A stretch of 64,000 nucleotides of DNA from Candidatus Hydrogenedentota bacterium. GTDB taxonomy: Bacteria; Hydrogenedentota; Hydrogenedentia; Hydrogenedentales; JAEUWI01. The stretch spans positions 49,275-113,274 of the forward strand of contig JAEUWI010000018.1 of NCBI GenBank assembly GCA_016791475.1, in the 5' to 3' direction. Below the pieces are notes generated by a model, which had not been told where the DNA came from, made no database searches, and saw nothing but the letters and a program-made list of their open reading frames with translations. The position numbers and the translations under genes are program-made. Positions 19,401-28,281 of the stretch are shown one piece after another (within the stretch, counting starts at the first letter, position 1; the number at the start of each line of letters is the position of its first letter).

Positions 19401-21895
19401 GCGGCTCGGATGATGTGGATGAAGACGGCCTTCCGAATGACTGGGAACTGGAGTATGGCCTTGATCCGGCCAGCGCCGAGGGCGATGACGGCCCGGCGGG
19501 TGATCCCGATCGCGATGGGCTCAACAATCTGGCCGAATTTACCCTCGGCACCGACCCCACCAATCCAGATTCGGATGGGGACGGCCTCTTCGATGGCCAG
19601 GAAGATCGCGACAGCGATGGGACCATCGGCGACGGCGAGACCAGCCCGCTGAATACGGATTCCGACGGCGATGGCGCCACCGACGACGTGGAATGGTTCC
19701 TCGGCAGCGACGGCTCCGACGAATCAAGTCATCCCGACTCAGGCATCTATCGTGTAAGCTATGGCGCCTGGACTCCCGGACAGACGGGCGAATTGTCCGT
19801 CTCGTTTTACATCGCCGAGGCGGGCGATTACGCCCTGACGGCAAACGCGGAAGGCGGCGCACCGGACGGATGGACCGTGACTTCCGAAGTCGATGGCGAA
19901 GCCCACGCCTATGCCGTCGGCGCACACACCATCGTCTATGCGATCACTCCGGCCGCGGAACTCACCCCCGCAACGGCCTATGCCCCGTTCGCATTCCGAT
20001 TGAGCGGCGACGGCGTGAGCAGCGAAAGAACCAGCGTGCTCGTGGCCGATTTGCTCGAGACCCTGCGGGAGACAACATCGGTTTCGGCTGAAACGCTGGC
20101 CCAGACTTACGCCCCCGTGCTGCGACTCCACCGTGACGCCATCTTCAGCCCCATGCCCGTCGAGGTCTCACTGGGCACGGCCACGCTGGATCTGGGCAAC
20201 ACCATGACCCTCGTCGCCCAGCCCCGCGACTTCGATCTGGGCCAATCGACCCACCGCGAGGCTTTCATCGATCTTCCCGGAACGAACACGGAGGCCCTCT
20301 TCGACGCCTATCCGCCGGCGGAATCGCTACCCGAGCCCCGGCTCTATTACACCGTAACTACGCTGGGAGACCGGTCCTCCGAAGCAGGCGCGGATCCGGA
20401 TCACATTTCCATCCAGTACTACCTGCACTTCTTCGCCGACGTGTGGGGCCTCGATCAGCAAGGCGGGCACCGTCACGAGGGGGACTGGGAAGTCTTCCAG
20501 ATCCTGCTTGATGAGGATCAGGTCCCTTACCGCGCCGCCACGACTCAACAATGGCAGCTCGCGAACCTCGACGAGACCGTGCCCGGCGGTGAAGGACGCG
20601 ACTGGGCGGATGTGGAAGTCACGGAGGGCGCACGCCCCGTACTCTATGTGGGCCAGGGCGGCAACTCCCTGTATTTCGAACCCGGCGCCACGCGCTACGA
20701 GGCCGGTAGCGAGCTCCACGACGGCATGGGCCACTGGCTCCTCCCCGAGGGCTTGGAAGGCACCGACTACGGCTTGCAAATACCCCTAAACCTTTCCCCC
20801 CTGGGTCGTCTCCACGAAGCCGATACGCCCCGATGGCTCCCCTTTGCGGGCGCATGGGGCCAGCCCAATTTCCCCATACCCGACACAGACGACGGCGATC
20901 CGGCCATCAACGATGGTCCCCTGGGTCCGGTATTCCTCGGTACCACCCTCGACCCGAACAGCGAAAATGGTGTTGCCCGAATCTGGTCCGACCCCTTCGC
21001 CTTTGCAAACCGTATGCCCGCGCTGCCCCAGGGACTCACCACCCAGGTGCGGGGTACCGTCCCCGAGCCCTTCTGGGGCAAGACCCTGCTGCTCCTCGAT
21101 TCCCGTGGCCGGGTATACTCGGGCGAAATTGTGATGGGCAATGGCGCCTTCGATATTACCGTACCGCTCCAGCCCTTGCTGCTCGCTGTGGTGGACTATG
21201 ACGATTACCTACGCCCAACGCTCCTCGCGGCATCACGATTTACCGCGGGCAGCCGACAGACGCCCCTCTTCCCCACCGTACCCGATATCACGTCCATCGG
21301 TGCGCTGGCACTGACGGATGGTGTACTCACCGGCGAGGCCAATTATCCATTCGTCGATTCCGATGGCGATGGCACGCCCAATGCCGACGACCTCGATATG
21401 GATGAAGATGGAATCGACAACGGGAATGATCTGGACGTCCTGGGCGACGGCTGGGATGATGGCTTCCAGGCTCAGGACCCCGATGAGGACGGCATACCAA
21501 GCTATCTTGATGGCGACGATGACGGCGATGGTACCGCCGACGCCGAGGATGCCGATCGCGACGGCAGCGGCACGCCTGATGTGGATGAGGCCGCGGATGT
21601 GGATGGCGACGGGTTTGTGGATGCGTTGGATCTGGATATAGACAACGACGGCTTCGACAATGCCACCGAGGAGGCGGCCGGGAGCGATCCGCGGCATTAT
21701 CTCGATACGCCCACGAGCCAGGTGGGCGACTTGGATGAGGACGGCGAAGTGGATGCCGCCGACGGCCAGCAGTTGATCAACCTGGGCCTCGGTCGTAGCG
21801 CTTATACGCCCAGAGCCGACTACAACCTTAACGGTTACATCGACGCGGTCGACCTCCAGTCGCTCATCAACGAGATCCTGGCGGGCGGCAAGTAG
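16478..21895 (+). CDS. Giant secreted multidomain protein: Ig/beta-sandwich-rich N-terminal region, thrombospondin type-3 Ca-binding repeats, a Vps62/DUF946-like domain and C-terminal dockerin-type repeats
   Basis: Signal peptide at M64 of the ORF (MRFSLYSRPLAIAVLVVLLGAVSVPAQ). Many D-x-D-x-DG TSP3 motifs. HEGDWEVFQIL motif characteristic of Vps62/DUF946. The C-terminus DEDGEVDAADGQQLINLGLG ... DYNLNGYIDAVDLQSLINEIL matches dockerin EF-hand pairs. Confidence 0.85.
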   Translation: MRFSLYSRPLAIAVLVVLLGAVSVPAQPKQATSENALSGSYFAHDLFEINDDSQHLGRGFRVFTANGVMSRLSTYPSSTSLDFEIKTDATFRLFTTSFNSGFNGTVGLGGDLAVFTYEAAPNADAQVRDGYASLQISVKQSSGLDDDVFESHYSYHALLRTSNDAYRTSFGGATADGSGQVLVVRESETARIFNYNVTSDGRVALMGQDSGNAAIVDSGALIVNTADVAAGDDGEINGGYTGLALYVRRFPANDGATTDDFRGTYRVHRIRANGSATPASDVGTVIAGGNGIFIGELGGQDYGGQIDLNASGTFTLVGSNAFQGTLGAGGDLAVITTIGGSNPFLEIWVRTAGGAGNALDSDGDGLTDDEEGELDTDPDDADSDNDGLLDNADERPNTADNVVDATLSRNNIIVDEGASAITNVTLTLDSDDFPFFEWEVSSAADWISFDPDSGIGDETISLEIDIPALEASPTPYEALINIDALEMRDVPPLTLSVTVNATQVDLALNPEALNFTVEEGGAKASGTVRLSSPDANVFAWTAATEYPWITVTPRLGGAATDVTIEVNPESLLAENSPYIGTVIFRPGGAGPKQKALTVTANVVPERDIDVPFYVAESNVAQSRPAAAFDESTSIWTIAWVEDQQIHAALFDENLVPLTQPAQVSLTAFGIATNPTVVAVSEEGESWVIWEQYATGSTSALLQAKAYNLDSRSPGNVFGFSASPGSKTMPQAVYNIAANEVAIAFGQEVENDAFAGLIRVNAASRGVLSSGFAAPSNDPQSVPAIAWLEDVNEYLIAWREDIPVDDTTSTQVRAARLAGNTGAVLGEVIVIDEDAPSAANIAVAASTGLNRWIVAWAEEPSTLNTVAVDAAGTASSPAPFDGVQQSETPVALGYNGNSKQAILLWSRDPAAGDPVAVYRTAAGNGRALGEIVPLPDGPATVNSVAASANAAANEFLLIWEDPETIPRQLRALRVAGGSDDVDEDGLPNDWELEYGLDPASAEGDDGPAGDPDRDGLNNLAEFTLGTDPTNPDSDGDGLFDGQEDRDSDGTIGDGETSPLNTDSDGDGATDDVEWFLGSDGSDESSHPDSGIYRVSYGAWTPGQTGELSVSFYIAEAGDYALTANAEGGAPDGWTVTSEVDGEAHAYAVGAHTIVYAITPAAELTPATAYAPFAFRLSGDGVSSERTSVLVADLLETLRETTSVSAETLAQTYAPVLRLHRDAIFSPMPVEVSLGTATLDLGNTMTLVAQPRDFDLGQSTHREAFIDLPGTNTEALFDAYPPAESLPEPRLYYTVTTLGDRSSEAGADPDHISIQYYLHFFADVWGLDQQGGHRHEGDWEVFQILLDEDQVPYRAATTQQWQLANLDETVPGGEGRDWADVEVTEGARPVLYVGQGGNSLYFEPGATRYEAGSELHDGMGHWLLPEGLEGTDYGLQIPLNLSPLGRLHEADTPRWLPFAGAWGQPNFPIPDTDDGDPAINDGPLGPVFLGTTLDPNSENGVARIWSDPFAFANRMPALPQGLTTQVRGTVPEPFWGKTLLLLDSRGRVYSGEIVMGNGAFDITVPLQPLLLAVVDYDDYLRPTLLAASRFTAGSRQTPLFPTVPDITSIGALALTDGVLTGEANYPFVDSDGDGTPNADDLDMDEDGIDNGNDLDVLGDGWDDGFQAQDPDEDGIPSYLDGDDDGDGTADAEDADRDGSGTPDVDEAADVDGDGFVDALDLDIDNDGFDNATEEAAGSDPRHYLDTPTSQVGDLDEDGEVDAADGQQLINLGLGRSAYTPRADYNLNGYIDAVDLQSLINEILAGGK

Positions 21896-21916
21896 CGAAT
21901 ACGCTCCATACAAAAC

Positions 21917-21946
21917 GGGCGCCCGATCATCTTCGATCAGGCGCCC
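21917..21946. terminator. Hairpin between convergent genes (GGGCGCC-loop-GGCGCCC)
   Basis: 7-bp GC stem with a 16-nt loop, 22 nt after the stop of the giant gene. No clear U-tract. Confidence 0.4.
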
Positions 21947-21970
21947 GTCATCTTCGGGGTTAACGAGACC

Positions 21971-22189
21971 TCAGGGTCCCACCACCTCGGGCTCGGGAAG
22001 CTTCTTCACCTCGCCCTTGGCCAGTATCTGCTCGGAACGGTCGTACAACACATACTTTGTGCTGCCCTCTTCCCGGGCATCATCCTCCACCACCCCCACC
22101 ATCGAATCACGCCAGCCCTGCATATCCTCCATCTCCCAACGCGCCTGCTGCTTCTCCGTCAAGGTGTACCGGTAAATTTTTCGTGACAT
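21971..22189 (-). CDS. Small hypothetical protein (72 aa)
   Basis: Strong AGGAG Shine-Dalgarno 8 nt upstream. Non-repetitive, charged sequence. A sigma70-like promoter lies about 200 bp upstream on the same strand. Confidence 0.4.
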   Translation of the reverse strand: MSRKIYRYTLTEKQQARWEMEDMQGWRDSMVGVVEDDAREEGSTKYVLYDRSEQILAKGEVKKLPEPEVVGP

Positions 22190-22390
22190 TTCAACGCTCC
22201 TAAGCTGGCAGGGCTGACCACCTCGAGGAGACGGACTCAGACCACTGCAAAAAAAAGATGCACAAGTTCCAATGAAACTCGGACTACAAGAGTTACTGCA
22301 ATCTCAGCGGACGGCAGGTGTGACCTGCCCGTGAGACCTCGCAAACGCCCCGCATACGCGAACTTAGTGGTTGCCCATACCGCAGGGCGA

Positions 22391-22420
22391 TTATAGCAGA
22401 GGGGGCTTTTTTTTACAATA
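22391..22420 (-). promoter_or_regulatory. Sigma70-like promoter (TTGTAA-N17-TATAAT) on the minus strand, driving the leader and small ORF at 22189
   Basis: The plus strand reads ATTATAGC...TTACAA, so the minus strand carries -35 TTGTAA and -10 TATAAT with a 17-nt spacer. Confidence 0.45.
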
Positions 22421-22613
22421 CCATGCCGCCGCAACCGAAAAAGTTCCCGGTCCGGAAGCACGAAACAGGCGACTTGCACAGCTTTGACCGGGACCATCAA
22501 CCGGCGGTTTCCATCCAGGAAGGGCTCCGAAGGCGCCGATGGCGAATTGCCGCCGCCGCACCTCCCAAGGTACTATGGACACCCCCTCAAACCACCCTAC
22601 CCCGGAGGCCCGG

Positions 22614-24737
22614 ATGAACACCTTTCCGATGAATAACCAGACGCTGCGCGGACCCCGTCCCCTGCTCCTGGCCATCGCCGCCACCCTGCTCCTGGTCAAC
22701 GTCGCGAGCGCTCAGCTCTATCGCCCCGAACGAGCCCGGCGTACGATCAAGGCGGGCCCGTACGAACTCGTCATCCAGAAGAACAGCCAGATTGATCTCC
22801 TGACCCCGGAGGGACAGCCCCTCCTGGACAATGCTTTTCCCTCGTTGATTCTGGAAGGCGGCGAAGAGGTACCCCTGAAAATCGACTACCGGAACACCAA
22901 TCGCTACAGCGTTGACAATCCCATCGGCAAGGGCAACGGCTTTCACTATGCCTCCGCGGAATGCGAATGGCGCATCGCCACCTACCCCTCGGAAAACTTC
23001 CTGACCTTTGACCTTACCTACACAAATAACTCAAAGAAGCCGGTCGCCGTTGCTGGACTTTCCCCGCTCGGCGTCGGGAGAAAAGAAAAAGGCGGCATTT
23101 ATCCAGGTGGAAAACTAAGCCAAGTGCTTATCCTGAAGGCCCCTTCCGCAGGCCAACCCTTCGTGCGGATCGGGCACGAGGCCGGGGAAAGTCGGGGACA
23201 CATCGCCGCCTGGTCGCCCGCGTCTGGACGGACGCTTGTGGCGGGATTTCTGACCCATCGCTTGAGTCTGGGCAAGATTGAACTGGGCCATAGTGCGCCA
23301 ATGGGCGATCTGTCTTTTGATGTATTTTTATCGGTTTGTGTCTTTTCGTCGCCGGTTGTCGTCGAACCTGGTGGGCGACTCAACGCGGAAACCCTCTTCT
23401 TTTCAATGGGCCAGGAAAACCCAACCCGCAGCCTCGAAACTTTCGTTCGCGCTTCCCAGGCCCTCGAGCCCTTTCCCAGCCGGGCTCAACTCCACGGATG
23501 GTTGCCAGTCTCGGCCATCGAGTCCAACGCCGCATCCCTGCTCGACCAGGTGACGGCGGCGCGACCGATGATCCCACTCGGCTGGACCAACCTTAACCTT
23601 GGAAGCCACTGGTCGGTCTCGCCGGGAAGTGCGGATGCGGACCCCAGTCGCTTTCCTCAAGGCCTTTCGGCGGTCACTATTGCGGCCCATGCCGCCGACT
23701 TGAGCGTTTCGCTTGGCATGGAGCAGCACATTACCGACACTTCAACAATAGAAACCACCCTAAACAAACTAAAAACAACTGGGGCGGACACTATAGCGCT
23801 TATTCCGACGCCCGGCATCGGGACCTTTGATATACCCGCTCCTCATCCGCTCACCGTCTTACAGACCATTCATGCATCAACTATGGATCTGCCAAAAGTC
23901 GTCTATACCCACCCTGTGGCACAGGGACCCTTCACCTTGAAAGATTGGGCCCTCGATTCGCGAAGTTACTACCTCCCCAGCGTGGGTAATCCCCTGCTGG
24001 CCCCTGGAAAGCGGGAACTCGCCCAGGACACCACCCAATTCAACGACACGCAGTTTATCGCCGCCTGCACCCTCGCTGCGATTCAAGGAAAGCCCCTGCG
24101 CCCCACGTTGCCCTGGACGCAACTGAGCCCCCTCCGGCAACGCGTTCTCGCGTGCCTCTTGCCTGCTCCGGCCCATGCCGGTCACCCGCTGGACCTTTTT
24201 CAGGAAGGCCCGCCGCAACGCTGGTCCCTTCCTCTACGCACGAAGGTCGGCGAGTGGGCGATTGCCGCCCTCTTCAACTGGGAGCCCGGCGCGGGGGTGG
24301 AGTTGAACACGCCCCTGACGGATCTCGGCCTCAACAACGACAACCTCTATACCGTCTACGACTTCTGGGCGGGCCAATATCTCGGCTTGATTGAGAAGAC
24401 CCTTCGGGTCGAGGTTCCCCCGGAAAGCGTCCGGTTGCTGGGACTCCGTCGTTATGAACGGCGGCCTATGTTGGTGGCCAGCAGCCGCCACTACACCCAG
24501 GGCGCCTCCGATCATACGGCCCTCGACTGGGCGCACGAGACCCGCACCCTGACGGGCACCTTTGCTGCCGTGCCCGGACAGCCCTGCACCCTGTCCATCC
24601 TGGTCCCGGAGCCTTACACCGTGGGGCAGTGCTCATCCACGGCTGAAATCGTCGGACAGAAGCAAACCGATAGCGTGCTGGAGTTGACCATTCGCGCATT
24701 GGCCGGGGGCGAGGTACAATGGAAGGTAACTTTCTAA
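22614..24737 (+). CDS. Secreted hypothetical protein (about 707 aa), possibly a glycoside-hydrolase-like fold
   Basis: Signal peptide (MNTFPMNNQTLRGPRPLLLAIAATLLLVNVASA). Long coherent ORF. I recognise no diagnostic motif. Confidence 0.55.
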   Translation: MNTFPMNNQTLRGPRPLLLAIAATLLLVNVASAQLYRPERARRTIKAGPYELVIQKNSQIDLLTPEGQPLLDNAFPSLILEGGEEVPLKIDYRNTNRYSVDNPIGKGNGFHYASAECEWRIATYPSENFLTFDLTYTNNSKKPVAVAGLSPLGVGRKEKGGIYPGGKLSQVLILKAPSAGQPFVRIGHEAGESRGHIAAWSPASGRTLVAGFLTHRLSLGKIELGHSAPMGDLSFDVFLSVCVFSSPVVVEPGGRLNAETLFFSMGQENPTRSLETFVRASQALEPFPSRAQLHGWLPVSAIESNAASLLDQVTAARPMIPLGWTNLNLGSHWSVSPGSADADPSRFPQGLSAVTIAAHAADLSVSLGMEQHITDTSTIETTLNKLKTTGADTIALIPTPGIGTFDIPAPHPLTVLQTIHASTMDLPKVVYTHPVAQGPFTLKDWALDSRSYYLPSVGNPLLAPGKRELAQDTTQFNDTQFIAACTLAAIQGKPLRPTLPWTQLSPLRQRVLACLLPAPAHAGHPLDLFQEGPPQRWSLPLRTKVGEWAIAALFNWEPGAGVELNTPLTDLGLNNDNLYTVYDFWAGQYLGLIEKTLRVEVPPESVRLLGLRRYERRPMLVASSRHYTQGASDHTALDWAHETRTLTGTFAAVPGQPCTLSILVPEPYTVGQCSSTAEIVGQKQTDSVLELTIRALAGGEVQWKVTF

Positions 24738-24787
24738 GCGCGGGTATTTCGCCCCACCGAAGGGCCCCAGTCCGTCACAGGGAATTC

Positions 24788-25615
24788 ATGCACTTGCTTT
24801 TGTATTCGACTTCGAGCCTCCAGAAGCTCCCCTTTCGAGTGGCGGCGCTCCTGCTTCTGTTCACCTCAGCCGCGCCGGCGGAAACCTATCGATTCGAACA
24901 GGGGGCCGATGGCTATGCCGGCTTTCGGGACACGACCCTGTTCCAGGACTTGCCCACCAATGCGGGTGGGGGCATTGACGGTATCTTCTCCGGCACCATC
25001 CGCACCAGTTTCCTGCGCCGGGCCCTGATTTCGGCCGATCTATCCTCGATTCCCGCCGATGCGGTGGTCACGTCGGCGCGCCTGGAGATGGTGGTGGAGC
25101 GGAGCGGCGGCAACTTCGGGGACATCGTGTATGGCCTGCACCGCGTGCTGCGAAGCTGGGGCGAAGGCGAGGCGGTCATTCCGAACGACCCCGGCGGCCT
25201 GGGCGCAACGGCGGCGACCGGCGACGCCACTTGGAACGACGCCTTCCTCACCCAGGAATCATGGTCTACACCCGGTGGCGATTTTGAGGCCACGGCCAGC
25301 GCCACCGCCAACGCGGGACAGCAGGGCGCCACGGTGACCTGGGAAAGTCCCGGCCTCACCGCCGACGTCCAGGCCTGGGTCAACAACCCCGCGTCCAACT
25401 TCGGGTGGATTATCATTACGCCCGAAGAAGGCATTATTCAGCGCGTAAAGAAGTTCTTTTCCTCCGAGGCGCAGGTAAATCGGCCCGTACTGGTGGTGGA
25501 GACCGAGGGTCCACCCTCGACGGAAGAACCGATTCCGCTCCATCTCGTTCTGCTGCTTTTCTTCGTCCTGCGTCTTTGGTGGCGCCATTTCCGCTTTCTC
25601 ACGTTCCTGACGTAG
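24788..25615 (+). CDS. Secreted protein with a C-terminal PEP-CTERM-like hydrophobic anchor
   Basis: Signal peptide (MHLLLYSTSSLQKLPFRVAALLLLFTSAAPA). The C-terminus TEEPIPLHLVLLLFFVLRLWWRHFRF resembles a PEP motif followed by a TM helix and a basic tail. Confidence 0.5.
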   Translation: MHLLLYSTSSLQKLPFRVAALLLLFTSAAPAETYRFEQGADGYAGFRDTTLFQDLPTNAGGGIDGIFSGTIRTSFLRRALISADLSSIPADAVVTSARLEMVVERSGGNFGDIVYGLHRVLRSWGEGEAVIPNDPGGLGATAATGDATWNDAFLTQESWSTPGGDFEATASATANAGQQGATVTWESPGLTADVQAWVNNPASNFGWIIITPEEGIIQRVKKFFSSEAQVNRPVLVVETEGPPSTEEPIPLHLVLLLFFVLRLWWRHFRFLTFLT

Positions 25616-25736
25616 ACCGAGCGTACACTCCGAGGGGCCGTGAATAAGTTGGGCCACCGCGCTGTAGTTGTCGTGCCGGTCCACTTCGGGATAAGCTGAT
25701 TGAATGGAACGGACATCGGGAAGGGAGCCTCTGTAC

Positions 25737-26189
25737 ATGTCAATCACCGCGTTTATCTTCGTTCTCCTGCCATTGGGCGGTTGCTTCATCGTCTTTGGCG
25801 CGCTGATCATGCTGCTTGTATTGAACGCGCGCCGCCGCGCAAACGGGCGTTCGGTATCCGTTACGCCGCGTTCACGGAGGATAGAAAGTGCAGCGAATCT
25901 GCACGCGGCAACAAAAATGGGCAGCGACCATTCCGGGTATGACGGCTTCACGCCGCTGGGTGTGGGGATGCTCGCTACCCAGATGATGGAGCAACCATCG
26001 TCGGCCAGTGGATTAGTACCCCCTTCAACGGAGACTGGCCCGGTGAACAGTGATACTGGCGCGCCCCCTGATTTCGATATGGGGGGCGCTACTCCAGATT
26101 CTGGAAACGCCGGATTCGATAGTGGCGGGGGAGGTTTCAGCGACGGAGGGGGTTTCAGCGACGGAGGCGGCGCCACCGGCTCGTGGTAG
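25737..26189 (+). CDS. Small membrane protein (150 aa) with a Gly-rich C-terminal tail ending GGGATGSW
   Basis: GGGAAGGGAG Shine-Dalgarno. One TM helix (ITAFIFVLLPLGGCFIVFGALIMLLVL). The C-terminal tail is shared with the two downstream TPM proteins. Confidence 0.5.
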   Translation: MSITAFIFVLLPLGGCFIVFGALIMLLVLNARRRANGRSVSVTPRSRRIESAANLHAATKMGSDHSGYDGFTPLGVGMLATQMMEQPSSASGLVPPSTETGPVNSDTGAPPDFDMGGATPDSGNAGFDSGGGGFSDGGGFSDGGGATGSW

Positions 26190-26239
26190 TACGCGAACTT
26201 CGTTCATTTCGGCAGAACCGTACCTGGGAGTTGACTCGA

Positions 26240-27286
26240 TTGAAAGCACAACTACTCAAACTGAGCGTGGTATGCACGCTGCTCAACGTCCTGTGGACGA
26301 TACCTTCCGTTGCGCGGGCGACCACGTTCGACATCGTGCCTCCCGAAGTCGGCACCCATATTCGGGACCTGGCGGATCTCATTACGGCAGACGATGAAGC
26401 AGTAATCAACGAATGGTGCGCGGCGCTGCGGTTGGAGCATACGGTGCCCTTCGCGGTGGTGACTATCGAATCGATGGCCCGTTACGGTGCTGACGACATG
26501 CATATAGAGACGTTTGCGCGCTGCCTTTATGAGCAGTGGGGCAACGACCCCGCGTTCAATGCCTCGGACGACTGGCGACGCGGCGTGTTGCTTTTGATTT
26601 CCAAAGGCGACCGGAAGGCCCGAATCGAACTGGGGGGCACGTGGCCGCCGGATTACATCGCTCGCTGCGTTGGAATCATGAATGCCGTGATCGTGCCCCA
26701 ATTCAAGCAGGGCAATTCTTCTCGGGGCGCCGTTGCGGGGGTTGAAGCCCTGGTAAGAATGGTGCGCGGAGAAATGCCCGCGGCGCCGACCGACGATTCC
26801 CAAGCCGCAGAGGCAACCGGGGCTGCCGCAACGGAGGAGTCGACAGACAATGCGACGCCGGTCCCCGCCAGCACCACGACCACGCCCCCTTCTCAGGCCA
26901 CGCAGATTCACGTGCCCTCGAACACCCCCACGCCGATTCGCACGATTCCCTATCCAACTCAACAGGTCTACTACGAACGACCGACATCCCGTCAGCCAAT
27001 AGCGTTCGGCTGCGCGATCTTCTTCGTGGTCATACTGATGATCGTGAAGGCAATCGGCGGTGGGATGGGCGGGTCCGGCTATCCGGGTGGCTCAGGATAT
27101 TTTTCCAATCGCCACCATCATCATCACCATTTTCACGGCGGAGGCTATTTGGAATCTCGCCATACGGTTGGCCATTCGACCGGCGGACATCACCATGGTG
27201 GAGTCAGTTCCGGGGGACACCATCACGGCGGTGGATCCAGTGGTATCAGCCACGGCGGCGGCGGCGGAGCAACGGGATCCTGGTAA
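26240..27286 (+). CDS. TPM-domain (TLP18.3/Psb32/MOLO-1, DUF477) membrane protein with a His/Gly-rich tail ending GGGGGATGSW
   Basis: TPM consensus (LADLITADDEAVINEW ... VVTIESMARYG ... WRRGVLLLISKGDRKARIELGG ... VPQFKQGN). Signal peptide after a TTG start at 26240; the earlier GTG at 26183 overlaps the upstream gene. One TM helix, then HHHHHH and GGxHHHGG repeats. Confidence 0.8.
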   Translation: MKAQLLKLSVVCTLLNVLWTIPSVARATTFDIVPPEVGTHIRDLADLITADDEAVINEWCAALRLEHTVPFAVVTIESMARYGADDMHIETFARCLYEQWGNDPAFNASDDWRRGVLLLISKGDRKARIELGGTWPPDYIARCVGIMNAVIVPQFKQGNSSRGAVAGVEALVRMVRGEMPAAPTDDSQAAEATGAAATEESTDNATPVPASTTTTPPSQATQIHVPSNTPTPIRTIPYPTQQVYYERPTSRQPIAFGCAIFFVVILMIVKAIGGGMGGSGYPGGSGYFSNRHHHHHHFHGGGYLESRHTVGHSTGGHHHGGVSSGGHHHGGGSSGISHGGGGGATGSW

Positions 27287-27329
27287 CCCGGGGAACACAC
27301 GAATTCCCTGAAGAAAGGAGAAGCACACA

Positions 27330-28271
27330 GTGAACCTGAAAATGCGGCGACCTTGGATTTGCCTGGCCACTTCCATTCTCTGGCTGATACCCGGCATGTC
27401 AATCGCACAGAATCTCACCATCGACCCGCCGGGAGAACGCGCCTTCGTGCAGGATCTCGCACGGATGGTGCAACCGGACGATGTGATGGCCATCCGCGCC
27501 ATCGGCGAGAAGCTCCTCACGGAGCAGGCGATTCCGATCATCGTGGTGACGATCGACTCCATGGCCCAACATGGCGGCGCGGGGTGGCGCATCGAAACCT
27601 TTGCCCGGGTGCTCTTCGACCAGTGGGGCATCGGCTATGAGACCATCGAAGGCCAGCCCTGGAACCGGGGCGTGCTCCTCCTTGTGTCGAAAGACGACCG
27701 CAAGGCGCGCATTGAGCTTGGCAACGACTGGGCGGGCGCCTATGACCCGATTTGCCGGAAGATCATGGACAACCAGATCATCCCCAACTTCAAAAAGGGC
27801 AAGTATTCCGAAGGCATCCTCGCGGGCGTGCGGGAGCTCGACAAGATGTGCCGGAGCATTCCCGTACCCGCCGAGATCGCAGGCGGCGGGACGCCGGCGG
27901 GCAGCTCGGGAAACAGCGCGCAAGGGCCATCCTCCGCGCACGGCTCCAATCTTAGCCTGGTGAATCGAGACCTCAAACTGTCCCCCCCGGTGCGGCCCGA
28001 CTGGTACTGGCCTGCCGTGGGTGTGACGGTGTTTCTCGCTATCTTCACCGCCGTCTCCATGATTCGCAGCGGCACCAGTGGCTGGGCCTGGGCCCTGTGG
28101 ACCGTGGTCTTTGGCGTGCTGGGCGTCATTCTTTTCGTGCTGGGGAGTTCCTCGCGTCGCCACTACGGAAGTAGAGGGGGCGGACTCTTCGGTGGTGGCG
28201 GCGGCGGGTTCTCGGGTGGAAGTTTTGGCGGCGGATTCGGTGGTGGCGGCGGCGCAACGGGATCGTGGTAA
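27330..28271 (+). CDS. TPM-domain membrane protein, paralog of the preceding gene, with a Gly-rich tail ending GGGGGATGSW
   Basis: AAAGGAG Shine-Dalgarno and GTG start. Signal peptide. TPM consensus (VTIDSMAQHGG ... NRGVLLLVSKDDRKARIELGNDW ... IPNFKKGKYSEG). Two TM helices. GGGGGFSGGSFGGGFGGGGGATGSW tail. Confidence 0.8.
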   Translation: MNLKMRRPWICLATSILWLIPGMSIAQNLTIDPPGERAFVQDLARMVQPDDVMAIRAIGEKLLTEQAIPIIVVTIDSMAQHGGAGWRIETFARVLFDQWGIGYETIEGQPWNRGVLLLVSKDDRKARIELGNDWAGAYDPICRKIMDNQIIPNFKKGKYSEGILAGVRELDKMCRSIPVPAEIAGGGTPAGSSGNSAQGPSSAHGSNLSLVNRDLKLSPPVRPDWYWPAVGVTVFLAIFTAVSMIRSGTSGWAWALWTVVFGVLGVILFVLGSSSRRHYGSRGGGLFGGGGGGFSGGSFGGGFGGGGGATGSW

Positions 28272-28281
28272 CAAGGAGCAC

